Positions 9,796 to 18,150 of a DNA stretch of 64,000 nt are shown here, in pieces (position 1 is the first letter of the stretch; each line of letters opens with the position of its first letter). The stretch comes from Ideonella sp. GTDB lineage: Bacteria > Pseudomonadota > Gammaproteobacteria > Burkholderiales > Burkholderiaceae_C. The notes under the pieces were generated by a model that was not told the origin of the DNA, did not search any database, and saw nothing but the letters and a program-made list of their open reading frames with translations. The stretch spans positions 13,094 to 77,093 of the forward strand of contig JANNNE010000075.1 in the NCBI GenBank assembly GCA_031398385.1. The letters are read 5' to 3'. Made by a program: the position numbers and the translations under genes.

Positions 9796-11360
9796 TTGAT
9801 GGTGACCCACTTGTAAGGCATCTGGTTGTCCGCCAGCTGGACCACCCGGACCGTCTTCTTCATCGCCCAGGCCAGCGCCTGCTGGTGCAGCGGGATGTGA
9901 CCGATGTCAGCCGTGTGTACCTCGAACGCCTCGCGGATCATGGCGTTGCGCTTGGCAACATTGACCTCGCTCTGCACGCCGAGGGTCAGCTCGTCGAGTT
10001 TCGGGTTGCTGTAGGAGCCGAGGTTGAACTGGCCCTGGCCCTTGTCGGTCGGTGTGGCCATCAGTGACGACAGCGCATTGTGGGAATCGTAGGTTCCCGG
10101 TGTCCATCCCAATAGGTAGAAGCTGGTATCGCGGCGCAGGATCTTCGGGAAATAGGTCGCCTTCGACTCCGCCTGCAGATTGATCTTCACGCCGATGCGT
10201 GCCAGATTGGCTGCCACCGCCTGGCAGATCGCCGCGTCATTCACATACCGATCGTTCGGGCAGTTCATGCTCACTTCGAAGCCGGACGGATAACCGGCGT
10301 CCGCCAGCAGCTTCTTGGCGGCGTCCGAATCGTAGGGCAGGCGCTTGTTCAGTTCAGGGACAAAACCGTTGATTCCGGGCGCGACCATCAACCCGGTGGG
10401 GGTCGAAGCGCCCCGCATGACCCGGCTCTTGATCGCCTCGATGTCGATTGCCTGATAGAAGGCCTGACGCACCCGCTTGTCCTTGAACGGATTCTTGCCC
10501 TTGACGCTGGAATATTGAAGCTCGTCGCGCTTCTGGTCCATGCCGAGGAAGATGGTTCTCAGCTCGGGACCCTGCAATACCTCGTACTTGGGGTTGGCCT
10601 GGATGCGCTCGATGTCCTGCAGCGGTACCGGTTCCATCAGGTCGATCTCGCCCGACAACAAGGCCGCAACCCGCGTCGGCGCACTGCCGATCGGCGTGAA
10701 AACGACTTCGCTGACATTGCCTTCGACCTTGTCCCAGTAGTTGAGGTTGCGAACCAGCACGGTTCGGGCGCTCGGCTGGCGCTCTTTGAGTCGATACGGG
10801 CCGGTTCCATTGGCCTTGAAGGATGCGGTGTTCTCGATGCCCTTGCGCTTGTCGACCGGGATGGTCGCCTTGTTGTCCTCGCACCATTTCTTGTTCATCA
10901 CGAAGACCAGCGTGATGACATCGGGCAGGATCGGAAACGGACTCAGCGTCTCGATCTCGACAACGTAGTCGCTGACCTTGCGAACCTCCTTGAACGACGA
11001 CGTGTAGCTCTTCATGTCCGAGCCTTCGCCGGCCGCCCGCTTGAACGAGAACACGACGTCGTCGGCAGTCATCACGCTGCCATCGTGGAACTGGACCCCG
11101 CGGCGCAACTCGAAGCGCCAGACCGTGGGCGATGGCTGACTCCACTTGGTCGCCAGGCCTGGCGTCAGGCCGAGCTTCTTGTCGCGGCTGACCAGCGGTT
11201 CGTAGATGTTGTTGGTGAACGTCAGCTGCAGCGATTCGTTCAACGAATGCGGATCCATCGAGGTGGCATCGCCCTGGTTCGCAACGCGCAGCGTCACGGC
11301 ATGGGCAAGACTTCCCATCAACATCAGACTGGCAACCAGCAAGCGGAGTTGGAACTTCAT
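9792..11360 (-). CDS. Peptide ABC transporter substrate-binding protein (family 5, DppA-like)
   Basis: Signal peptide MKFQLRLLVASLMLMGSLAHA, PGLATKW, GTGPYRL, DKRVRQA. RBS AGGAG upstream of ATG 11360. Confidence 0.92.
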   Translation of the reverse strand: MKFQLRLLVASLMLMGSLAHAVTLRVANQGDATSMDPHSLNESLQLTFTNNIYEPLVSRDKKLGLTPGLATKWSQPSPTVWRFELRRGVQFHDGSVMTADDVVFSFKRAAGEGSDMKSYTSSFKEVRKVSDYVVEIETLSPFPILPDVITLVFVMNKKWCEDNKATIPVDKRKGIENTASFKANGTGPYRLKERQPSARTVLVRNLNYWDKVEGNVSEVVFTPIGSAPTRVAALLSGEIDLMEPVPLQDIERIQANPKYEVLQGPELRTIFLGMDQKRDELQYSSVKGKNPFKDKRVRQAFYQAIDIEAIKSRVMRGASTPTGLMVAPGINGFVPELNKRLPYDSDAAKKLLADAGYPSGFEVSMNCPNDRYVNDAAICQAVAANLARIGVKINLQAESKATYFPKILRRDTSFYLLGWTPGTYDSHNALSSLMATPTDKGQGQFNLGSYSNPKLDELTLGVQSEVNVAKRNAMIREAFEVHTADIGHIPLHQQALAWAMKKTVRVVQLADNQMPYKWVTIK

Positions 11361-11394
11361 GGGGTCTCCTGGGGATTGAACAACTCGGGAATTT

Positions 11395-12378
11395 TCAATG
11401 CGCAGCGCCCGCCCGTTCGATTCGCAGGCGTGGATCAACCGCAAAGTACAACAGATCGACGATCAGGTTGATCAATACGAAGATCAGCGAGATGAGGCAC
11501 AGATAGGCGGCCATCACCGGAATGTCGGCAAAGCCGACAGCCTGGATGAACAGCAGGCCCATTCCGGGCCACTGGAACACCGTTTCCGTGATGATCGCGA
11601 ATGCAATCAGCGAGCCGAGTTGCAGCCCCGTGACGGTGATCACCGGCACCAACGTATTTTTCAGCGCATGCCCGAAGTAGACCGACCGGTTGCGCAGGCC
11701 GCGCGCGCGCGCGAAACGGATGTAGTCGGTGCGCAGGACCTCGAGCATCTCGGAACGCACCAGGCGGATGATCAGCGTCAGCTGGAAGATGGCCAGCGTG
11801 ATCGACGGCAGGATCAGGTGCTTCAGGCCATCCACCGTGAAGAAGCCCGAGGTCCAGGCCCCGAAGGCCACCACCTCGCCGCGTCCGAAACTGGGCAGCC
11901 ATTTCAGGATCACCGCGAACAGCAGGATCAGCAGGATGCCGATCAGGAAAGTCGGCAAGGACACGCCGAGCAGCGATCCCATCATCATCACTTGAGACAT
12001 GAATGTGCCGCGGCGCAATGCGGCATAGACACCCATCGGGATGCCGAACAACAAGGCGATCAACGCTGCCGTGATCGACAACTCCAGAGTCGCAGGCAGG
12101 CGTTCGACCACCAGCGAAGAAACCTTTCGCCCTTGACGCAGGCTGAGCCCGAATTCACCCTGCAGTGCATTGCCGACGAAGCGGGCGAACTGAACCGGGA
12201 ACGGCTTGTCGAGCCCGAGATCGGCGCGCAACTGGGTGCGCTGCTCGGGTGTCGCATCCTGCCCGAGCAAGTTGGTCACCGGATCGCCGACATACTGGAA
12301 CAGCATGAACGCGATGAACGCCACGGTCAGCATGACCACGATCGATTGCACCAGTCGACGCAAGATGAAGGCGAGCAT
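11395..12378 (-). CDS. Peptide ABC transporter permease (DppB/OppB-like)
   Basis: LRADLGLDKPFPVQF, RLPATLEL, DYIRFARARG, ETVFQWPGMG. Confidence 0.93.
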   Translation of the reverse strand: MLAFILRRLVQSIVVMLTVAFIAFMLFQYVGDPVTNLLGQDATPEQRTQLRADLGLDKPFPVQFARFVGNALQGEFGLSLRQGRKVSSLVVERLPATLELSITAALIALLFGIPMGVYAALRRGTFMSQVMMMGSLLGVSLPTFLIGILLILLFAVILKWLPSFGRGEVVAFGAWTSGFFTVDGLKHLILPSITLAIFQLTLIIRLVRSEMLEVLRTDYIRFARARGLRNRSVYFGHALKNTLVPVITVTGLQLGSLIAFAIITETVFQWPGMGLLFIQAVGFADIPVMAAYLCLISLIFVLINLIVDLLYFAVDPRLRIERAGAAH

Positions 12379-12586
12379 GGGTCGTCTTTGAGGTCAGCTG
12401 CCCGGTCGGCGAACGGTGACAGTCTGCGTCGATGACGCGACTTCGCAAGCGATTGTGTTCATGGCGTGACGATACCAAGAACAGCGACCGACTCTGCGAA
12501 CGCCACCACCAAATTCAGGCTCTTTTTCCACCGATGAAATCAATGCTGCGGGACTCACACCGAAAGGCTTGGCGGTTTCGAGCAAG

Positions 12587-12610
12587 AAAAAAGGCCGCCC
12601 GAAGGCGGCC
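12587..12610 (-). terminator. Rho-independent terminator downstream of the porin gene
   Basis: Minus strand reads GGCCGCC-TTCG-GGCGGCC followed by TTTTTT. Confidence 0.85.
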
Positions 12611-12640
12611 ATTTGTCGCTCAGCTCCGAAGAGCAGCAGA

Positions 12641-13651
12641 TCAGAAAACGTGCTTGACGCCGAACTGATAAGCGGTGTTGCGGGTCCGGTTGGTTTGCGT
12701 ACCAACGCCGAGGTCGGCGTAGATGTTGGTGCGCTTGCTCAGCGGATAGTCATAGCCGACAGCGAACTTCTTCGACTTGTTGGCCGGGCCGAACGGATCC
12801 AGCACTGCGTAGGCGAGCTTGACGTTGCCACCAGCCAGCGGCACGTTGGCGCCGATGTTGCCGAACTTGTTCTTCTGATTGCCACCGGCGGTCTTGCCTT
12901 GCGCGATATTGCCGACCAGCTCAAGAATGCCCAGGTCATAGGCGGCGGTTGCTGTGATCAGCTTGTTGCCGTTGATGGCAGCCGGGCCACCATTGACACG
13001 GGCGTAGCCGATGCCAGCGAAGATCGGGCCACCGCGGTAGATGACGTTGAAGCTGTCGTTGCGACCGGCTTGTGTTGCCTCGGACAGACCGACCTGGCCT
13101 TCGAAGCTCAGCCCACCGAAGTTCGCGCTCTTGACGGTGATTGCGTTGGAACTACGGATCGAGCTGCCGCCGCCCGCGACGCCACTGTTGGCCGCGCCAA
13201 AACCGGCGTTCTGCATGGCGCCGATCTGGCCGACACCGTCCCAGCCAAACGGATCAGCCTTCAGCTGAACCCAGAAGGTCGGCAGGTATTGACGGCCCAG
13301 GTTGACCGAGCCGACTCCAGCCATGGTCAGCTGAACCCACGAACGACCGGCCCAGAAAACCGGGGCAAGGTTGTTGTCGCCGGTGTCAGGATTGAAACGG
13401 TGCTCGATCTGGAACTGCGCCGACAGGCCGCCACCCAGGTCTTCCGTGCCACGGAAACCGAGGCGCGACGAGGCTGCCTGCTGCAGTCTCCATGACTTGT
13501 CGGTGCCGTTGGCGGAGACGTTGGCTGCGGTGCCGCCATTGCCCTTGGCAATGCCCTGGTCAATGAGACCGTACAGGGTGACCGACGACTGTGCAAAAGC
13601 AGCTCCGCCGAACGAAGCGAGAACGGCCAGAGCGACCAGAGATTTTTTCAT
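12641..13651 (-). CDS. Gram-negative trimeric porin (Omp32/PorB-like)
   Basis: Signal peptide ...GAAFA|QSSVTLYG, SRLGFRGTEDLGGGL, C-terminal GVKHVF. RBS AGGAG. Confidence 0.93.
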   Translation of the reverse strand: MKKSLVALAVLASFGGAAFAQSSVTLYGLIDQGIAKGNGGTAANVSANGTDKSWRLQQAASSRLGFRGTEDLGGGLSAQFQIEHRFNPDTGDNNLAPVFWAGRSWVQLTMAGVGSVNLGRQYLPTFWVQLKADPFGWDGVGQIGAMQNAGFGAANSGVAGGGSSIRSSNAITVKSANFGGLSFEGQVGLSEATQAGRNDSFNVIYRGGPIFAGIGYARVNGGPAAINGNKLITATAAYDLGILELVGNIAQGKTAGGNQKNKFGNIGANVPLAGGNVKLAYAVLDPFGPANKSKKFAVGYDYPLSKRTNIYADLGVGTQTNRTRNTAYQFGVKHVF

Positions 13652-13742
13652 TTCGTGTATCTCCTAAGGTGAATAAAGAGGTTCCAACCGATTCGCCCCA
13701 ATCGGGCCGATCAGACCAACCCCCTCAGCGGAAGTTGTCCGT

Positions 13743-13771
13743 ATTGCACCAGACAGGCATGGCGCTTGCAA
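13743..13771 (-). promoter_or_regulatory. Putative sigma70 promoter of the porin gene
   Basis: Minus strand TTGCAA-N17-TGCAAT, with TG at the extended -10 position. Confidence 0.45.
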
Positions 13772-13944
13772 AGCTTTGCTCGGGGTCTGAGGCCATTGTG
13801 TTGTCCCCTTACAACGACCGGGCGTGCATCGCAAACCCGTTCAACGCGTGTTCGCGCCGACACATCTACTAGCTCCGGGCCATATCCCGGTAAGTGACCA
13901 CCAACTTTTAATTGAGTTAGCCTGCAACTTGGATTTTCGCCTCA

Positions 13945-14589
13945 ATGCACTCGCCTCTCATGCTCGACACCATGATCGCCACGTTCGACAACGCCCTGAG
14001 AACCATCGGCGGCTCGGTTCCTGCTGCCCGCCCATGCCCGAAGCCTGACCGGACCGACAGCACTGCCGAGCGCCTTACCCCGGCCGAGCGTCGCAAGGCC
14101 GGCGCACTGATGCGGGTCAACCATGTCGGGGAGGTCTGCGCACAGGCCATGTACCAGGCCCAGGCGCTGACGGCGCGTACGCCGGAACTGCGGGCCAGCA
14201 TGAAGCAAGCCTCGCGCGAAGAAGGCGATCACCTGGCCTGGACCCGGCAACGCCTCGATCAACTCAACGCCCGACCGAGCCTGCTCAATCCGCTCTGGTA
14301 TGCCGGGGCGTTCTCGGTCGGGCTGATCGCCGGACGGGTCGGAGACGCCGCCAGCCTGGGCTTCGTGGTCGAAACCGAGCGCCAGGTCGAGCAGCATCTG
14401 CAAGGACATCTGGAGCGCCTGCCGGAAAGCGACCTGGAATCGCGCGCCATCGTCGAGCAGATGAAGGCGGACGAGAATCACCACGCGCAATTGGCCAGCG
14501 CCGCAGGCGCCAGCGCGATTCCATGGCCGGTGAAGATGGCGATGCGCGGCGCCGCCAGGATCATGACGCGCACCGCACACTACATCTGA
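13945..14589 (+). CDS. coq7: 2-polyprenyl-3-methyl-6-methoxy-1,4-benzoquinone hydroxylase Coq7
   Basis: LMRVNHVGEVCAQAMY, EEGDHLAW, PSLLNPLWY, ETERQVEQHL, DENHH di-iron motifs. Confidence 0.94.
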   Translation: MHSPLMLDTMIATFDNALRTIGGSVPAARPCPKPDRTDSTAERLTPAERRKAGALMRVNHVGEVCAQAMYQAQALTARTPELRASMKQASREEGDHLAWTRQRLDQLNARPSLLNPLWYAGAFSVGLIAGRVGDAASLGFVVETERQVEQHLQGHLERLPESDLESRAIVEQMKADENHHAQLASAAGASAIPWPVKMAMRGAARIMTRTAHYI

Positions 14590-14607
14590 CCCCGCCCGGC
14601 CGCCCGC

Positions 14608-15030
14608 TCAGGCCTCGCGCACCTCGTGGCTTGTCGTGATTTCCGCGGTCTTGGCCAGCATGATGCTCGCCGAGCAGTATTTTTCGTGCGACAGCTGGAT
14701 CGCGCGCCCGACCACGCCATCCGACAGGCCGCGTCCGGTGACGACGAAATGCATGTGAATGCGTGTGAAGACCTTCGGGTCGGTGGGCGCCCGTTCGGAC
14801 GTGATCTTCAGTTCGCAACCGGTCACGTCGTGGCGGCCGCGCTTGAGGATCAGCACCACGTCGTAGGCCGTGCACCCGCCGGTGCCGGCCAGTACGGTCT
14901 CCATCGGTCGCGGCGCCAGGTTGCGACCACCGCCGTCGGTCGCACCATCCATGTTGAGCAGGTGGCCGCTGCCGGTTTCCGCGGTGAAGGCCATCCCTGC
15001 CTGCGATTGCCAAAGAACGGTGCATTCCAT
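14608..15030 (-). CDS. OsmC/YhfA family protein
   Basis: GGRNLAPRPMETVLAGTGGCTAYDVV...KYCSAS, two conserved Cys. Start refined to ATG 15030 (MECTVLW). Confidence 0.9.
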   Translation of the reverse strand: MECTVLWQSQAGMAFTAETGSGHLLNMDGATDGGGRNLAPRPMETVLAGTGGCTAYDVVLILKRGRHDVTGCELKITSERAPTDPKVFTRIHMHFVVTGRGLSDGVVGRAIQLSHEKYCSASIMLAKTAEITTSHEVREA

Positions 15031-15118
15031 ATCGATTACCGGGTGAGTGAAAAAGTCGAAGCTGGGCTCGGTTGCGGCGATTTGTACCGGAAAACGATGC
15101 CGCCCCGCAACGCGCATA

Positions 15119-15147
15119 TTGCAGCGCAGCATTGGAGCGTATAGACT
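15119..15147 (+). promoter_or_regulatory. Putative sigma70 promoter of an intergenic sRNA
   Basis: TTGCAG-N17-TAGACT. No protein-coding start lies between it and the terminator at 15217-15247. Confidence 0.55.
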
Positions 15148-15152
15148 GAGGC

Positions 15153-15247
15153 CACCGAGGCGGTGGGTTTGACCCCCTCGACCGATTGTCTCCTCCACCC
15201 CTCCAATGGTGGATTCAACCCAAGGCAGCAATGCCTTGGGTTTTTTT
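15153..15247 (+). ncRNA. Putative CU-rich (anti-SD) small RNA, resembling the betaproteobacterial 'toxic sRNA' type
   Basis: Own promoter; TGTCTCCTCCACCCCTCC core; hairpin TCCACC/GGTGGA with CCTCC in the loop; perfect 11-bp GCAA-loop terminator with a T run. Family assignment is from memory of the motif, not from a search. Confidence 0.7.
15217..15247 (+). terminator. Rho-independent terminator (sRNA 3' end)
   Basis: AACCCAAGGCA-GCAA-TGCCTTGGGTT; the T run at 15241-15247 overlaps the stem base. Confidence 0.9.
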
Positions 15248-15309
15248 CTTTCTGGCAATGCTCGCCCCGTATGATCCGGCGCCGCAGATTGCCGTGATCG
15301 AGGAATGCC

Positions 15310-16896
15310 ATGGCTGGCTCAAAGAAACAAGCAAGCGTGCCCCCCGCAAAGCGCGCCCTCGTCAAGGCATCGGCCCGGCCGTTGTCCGGAAACGACTACC
15401 TGAAGAAGATCCTGAACGCCCGCGTCTATGACGTCGCTCAGGAAACGGCGCTGGAACCGGCGCGACGCCTGTCGGCGCGCAGCGGCAACCAGATCCTGCT
15501 GAAGCGGGAAGATACCCAGCCGGTCTTCAGCTTCAAGCTGCGCGGCGCGTACAACAAGATGTCGCACCTGAGCGCCGAGCAACGCGACCGCGGCGTGATC
15601 TGCGCCTCTGCCGGCAACCATGCCCAAGGCGTGGCGCTGGCCGCGCGCCATCTCGGCTGCACCGCGTTGATCGTGATGCCGGTGACGACGCCGACCTTGA
15701 AAATCGACGCCGTCAAGGCACTTGGTGGAACGGTCGTCCTGCACGGCGAAAGCTTCACCGATGCCTACAAGCATGCGCTCGAACTGGAGCAGAAAAAGGG
15801 CCTGAGCTTTGTCCATCCCTTCGACGATCCCGAGGTGATCGCCGGCCAAGGCACGGTGGCGATGGAAATTCTGCGCCAGCACCAGGGGCCGATCCATGCG
15901 ATCTTCGTGGCCATCGGCGGGGGCGGCCTGATCGCCGGCATCGCTGCCTACATCAAGGCGGTGCGCCCGGAGATCAAGGTCATCGGCGTGCAGACCAACG
16001 ACTCCGACGCGATGGTGCGCTCGGTGAAGGCCGGCAAGCGCGTGCAGTTGCACGATGTCGGGTTGTTCTCGGACGGCACGGCGGTGAAACTGGTCGGCGG
16101 CGAGACCTTCCGGCTGGCCCGTCAATGGGTTGACGAATACGTGCTCGTCGATACCGATGCCACCTGCGCAGCCATCAAGGACGTTTTCGAGGATACGAGG
16201 AGCATCTTGGAGCCCGCCGGCGCACTGAGCGTGGCCGGACTGAAGCAGTATGTGCAGACCAACCAGCTCAGCGGCGAGACCCTGATCGCGATCGCCTGCG
16301 GCGCCAACATGAATTTCGACCGTCTGCGCTTCGTTGCCGAACGGGCCGAGATCGGTGAAGCGCGAGAGGCGCTGTTCGCCGTCACGATTCCCGAGGCGCG
16401 CGGCAGTTTCCGGCAGTTCTGCTCGTTGATCGGCCCGCGCTCGGTGACCGAATTCAACTACCGGATCTCGGACGCCGACTCGGCACACGTCTTTGTCGGC
16501 CTGTCGACTACGCAGCGTGACGAATCAACCAGCCTGGCGGGCGAATTCACCCGGCATGGCTTCGCCACGATCGATCTGACCCACGACGAACTCGCCAAGC
16601 AACACCTGCGCCATCTGGTGGGCGGGCGCAGCGCCCTGGCCGCGGAAGAGCGCCTGTTTCGTTTCATTTTCCCGGAGCGCCCGGGCGCGCTGATGCGGTT
16701 TCTGTCGAGCATGCACCCCGACTGGAACATCAGCCTGTTCCACTACCGCAACCAGGGCGCCGACTACGGTCGGATCCTGGTCGGGATCCAGGTCCCCAAG
16801 GGGGACCGCAAGGCCTTGCGGCGGTTTCTCGACGAACTCGGTTATTCCTGGCAGGACGAAACCGACAACCCGGCCTATCGCTTGTTCTTGCGCTGA
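15310..16896 (+). CDS. ilvA: Biosynthetic threonine ammonia-lyase
   Basis: KREDTQPVFSFKLRGAY (PLP lysine), SAGNHAQG, GGGGL, two C-terminal ACT-like regulatory domains. Confidence 0.96.
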   Translation: MAGSKKQASVPPAKRALVKASARPLSGNDYLKKILNARVYDVAQETALEPARRLSARSGNQILLKREDTQPVFSFKLRGAYNKMSHLSAEQRDRGVICASAGNHAQGVALAARHLGCTALIVMPVTTPTLKIDAVKALGGTVVLHGESFTDAYKHALELEQKKGLSFVHPFDDPEVIAGQGTVAMEILRQHQGPIHAIFVAIGGGGLIAGIAAYIKAVRPEIKVIGVQTNDSDAMVRSVKAGKRVQLHDVGLFSDGTAVKLVGGETFRLARQWVDEYVLVDTDATCAAIKDVFEDTRSILEPAGALSVAGLKQYVQTNQLSGETLIAIACGANMNFDRLRFVAERAEIGEAREALFAVTIPEARGSFRQFCSLIGPRSVTEFNYRISDADSAHVFVGLSTTQRDESTSLAGEFTRHGFATIDLTHDELAKQHLRHLVGGRSALAAEERLFRFIFPERPGALMRFLSSMHPDWNISLFHYRNQGADYGRILVGIQVPKGDRKALRRFLDELGYSWQDETDNPAYRLFLR

Positions 16897-16907
16897 CGCA
16901 TTCGCGC

Positions 16908-17645
16908 CTATTGCCGCATCACTGCCGAATTCGGAATGCCCTGTTTGCCCGCGGCTGACGGCATCGCCGAATTCACGTCATTGGCGCCGATGCCTGGCAC
17001 GGCGTCCTGAAAACTGCCCTGCAGACCGCTCGGACCGGCGCCAAAAGGCTGCTGCATCGGCGCCGGCTGAAAGTTTGGCGGAGGCATCATCGGTGGCGGG
17101 ACGCCAATCCCGGGCGGCGGTGGCGAATAGCCGGGCGAGGCCATGAACGGGGCAGTCGGCGCGCCTGCAGCTGCCAGCGTGCCGGTGGCCGGCGCGGCGG
17201 GCGGTGGCAGTTCCAGCACGAATGCCGCGTCGCCGTTGCCCGAGCGATCGCCGATTCGAGCGCTGCGCAACGCCACCGACCACAGCGACAGCTGGCCGTC
17301 GAGGGCCTCGCCGACGCGATAGGCGCGCACCGGCCCGCCATCCACCGATATCAGCGCCACGCCCGGCTTCTGGCTGTCGTCGTGGCCCCGCCTGGTGCTG
17401 GTCGCGACGATGCCGGTGAGTCGAAACCGATTCGCCGCGGGCGGCGGCGCCGCTGCGGCCGGACCGGTCTCGACCCGCGGTGCGCCGAGCAGGCGGCTCA
17501 GATCGCCCGCGGCGAGTGGTCCGTTCGCCGCCAGACGGGTGCCGTCCGGGATCGGTGCGGCGGTGGTCGCCAGTCGCATCGCCCAGAAAACCACCGACGC
17601 CGCAGCCAGCGCCCAGAGCAGCATCGCAAACAGTCGGGAACTCAT
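16908..17645 (-). CDS. gspC: Type II secretion protein GspC-like (TM + HR domain, Pro-rich tail)
   Basis: N-terminal TM, FRLTGIVA...GVALISVDGGPVRAYRVGE HR-type domain, divergent from gspG. Start refined to ATG 17645. Confidence 0.7.
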   Translation of the reverse strand: MSSRLFAMLLWALAAASVVFWAMRLATTAAPIPDGTRLAANGPLAAGDLSRLLGAPRVETGPAAAAPPPAANRFRLTGIVATSTRRGHDDSQKPGVALISVDGGPVRAYRVGEALDGQLSLWSVALRSARIGDRSGNGDAAFVLELPPPAAPATGTLAAAGAPTAPFMASPGYSPPPPGIGVPPPMMPPPNFQPAPMQQPFGAGPSGLQGSFQDAVPGIGANDVNSAMPSAAGKQGIPNSAVMRQ

Positions 17646-17697
17646 GCGCGGATTATCATGGAAGCGACGGCCCCTGCAGGCCATGCACCACGTACCC

Positions 17698-18150
17698 ATG
17701 AACTCCAGCCCCGAACGCTCCTTTGCCGAAATTCGCCGCCGTATACAGGGCGGCTTCACCCTGATCGAACTGATGGTGGTGCTTGTCATCATCGGATTGC
17801 TGGCCGCCCTGATCGTCCCGAACGTGCTAAACCGCGCGGAAGATGCGCGGGTGACCGCGGCCCGGACCGACGTCAACAACCTGATGCAGGCGCTGAAGCT
17901 GTATCGGCTGGACAACCAGCGCTACCCCAGCGCCGAACAGGGTCTGCAGAGTCTGGTTGCCCGACCCACCACCGGCACCCTGCCGCTGAACTGGAAGCCC
18001 TACCTCGACAAGCTGCCGGCTGACCCCTGGGGCAAGCCGTACCAGTATGCCAATCCGGGCGTCAAGGGCGAAATCGACGTCTTCAGCTACGGCGCCGATG
18101 GCGTGGTTGGCGGAGAAGGCAACGACGCGGATGTCGGCTCATGGCAATGA
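17698..18150 (+). CDS. gspG: T2SS major pseudopilin GspG
   Basis: G|FTLIELMVV prepilin site, LKLYRLDNQRYP, DPWGKPYQY, SYGADG. Alternative start at 17683. Confidence 0.95.
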   Translation: MNSSPERSFAEIRRRIQGGFTLIELMVVLVIIGLLAALIVPNVLNRAEDARVTAARTDVNNLMQALKLYRLDNQRYPSAEQGLQSLVARPTTGTLPLNWKPYLDKLPADPWGKPYQYANPGVKGEIDVFSYGADGVVGGEGNDADVGSWQ

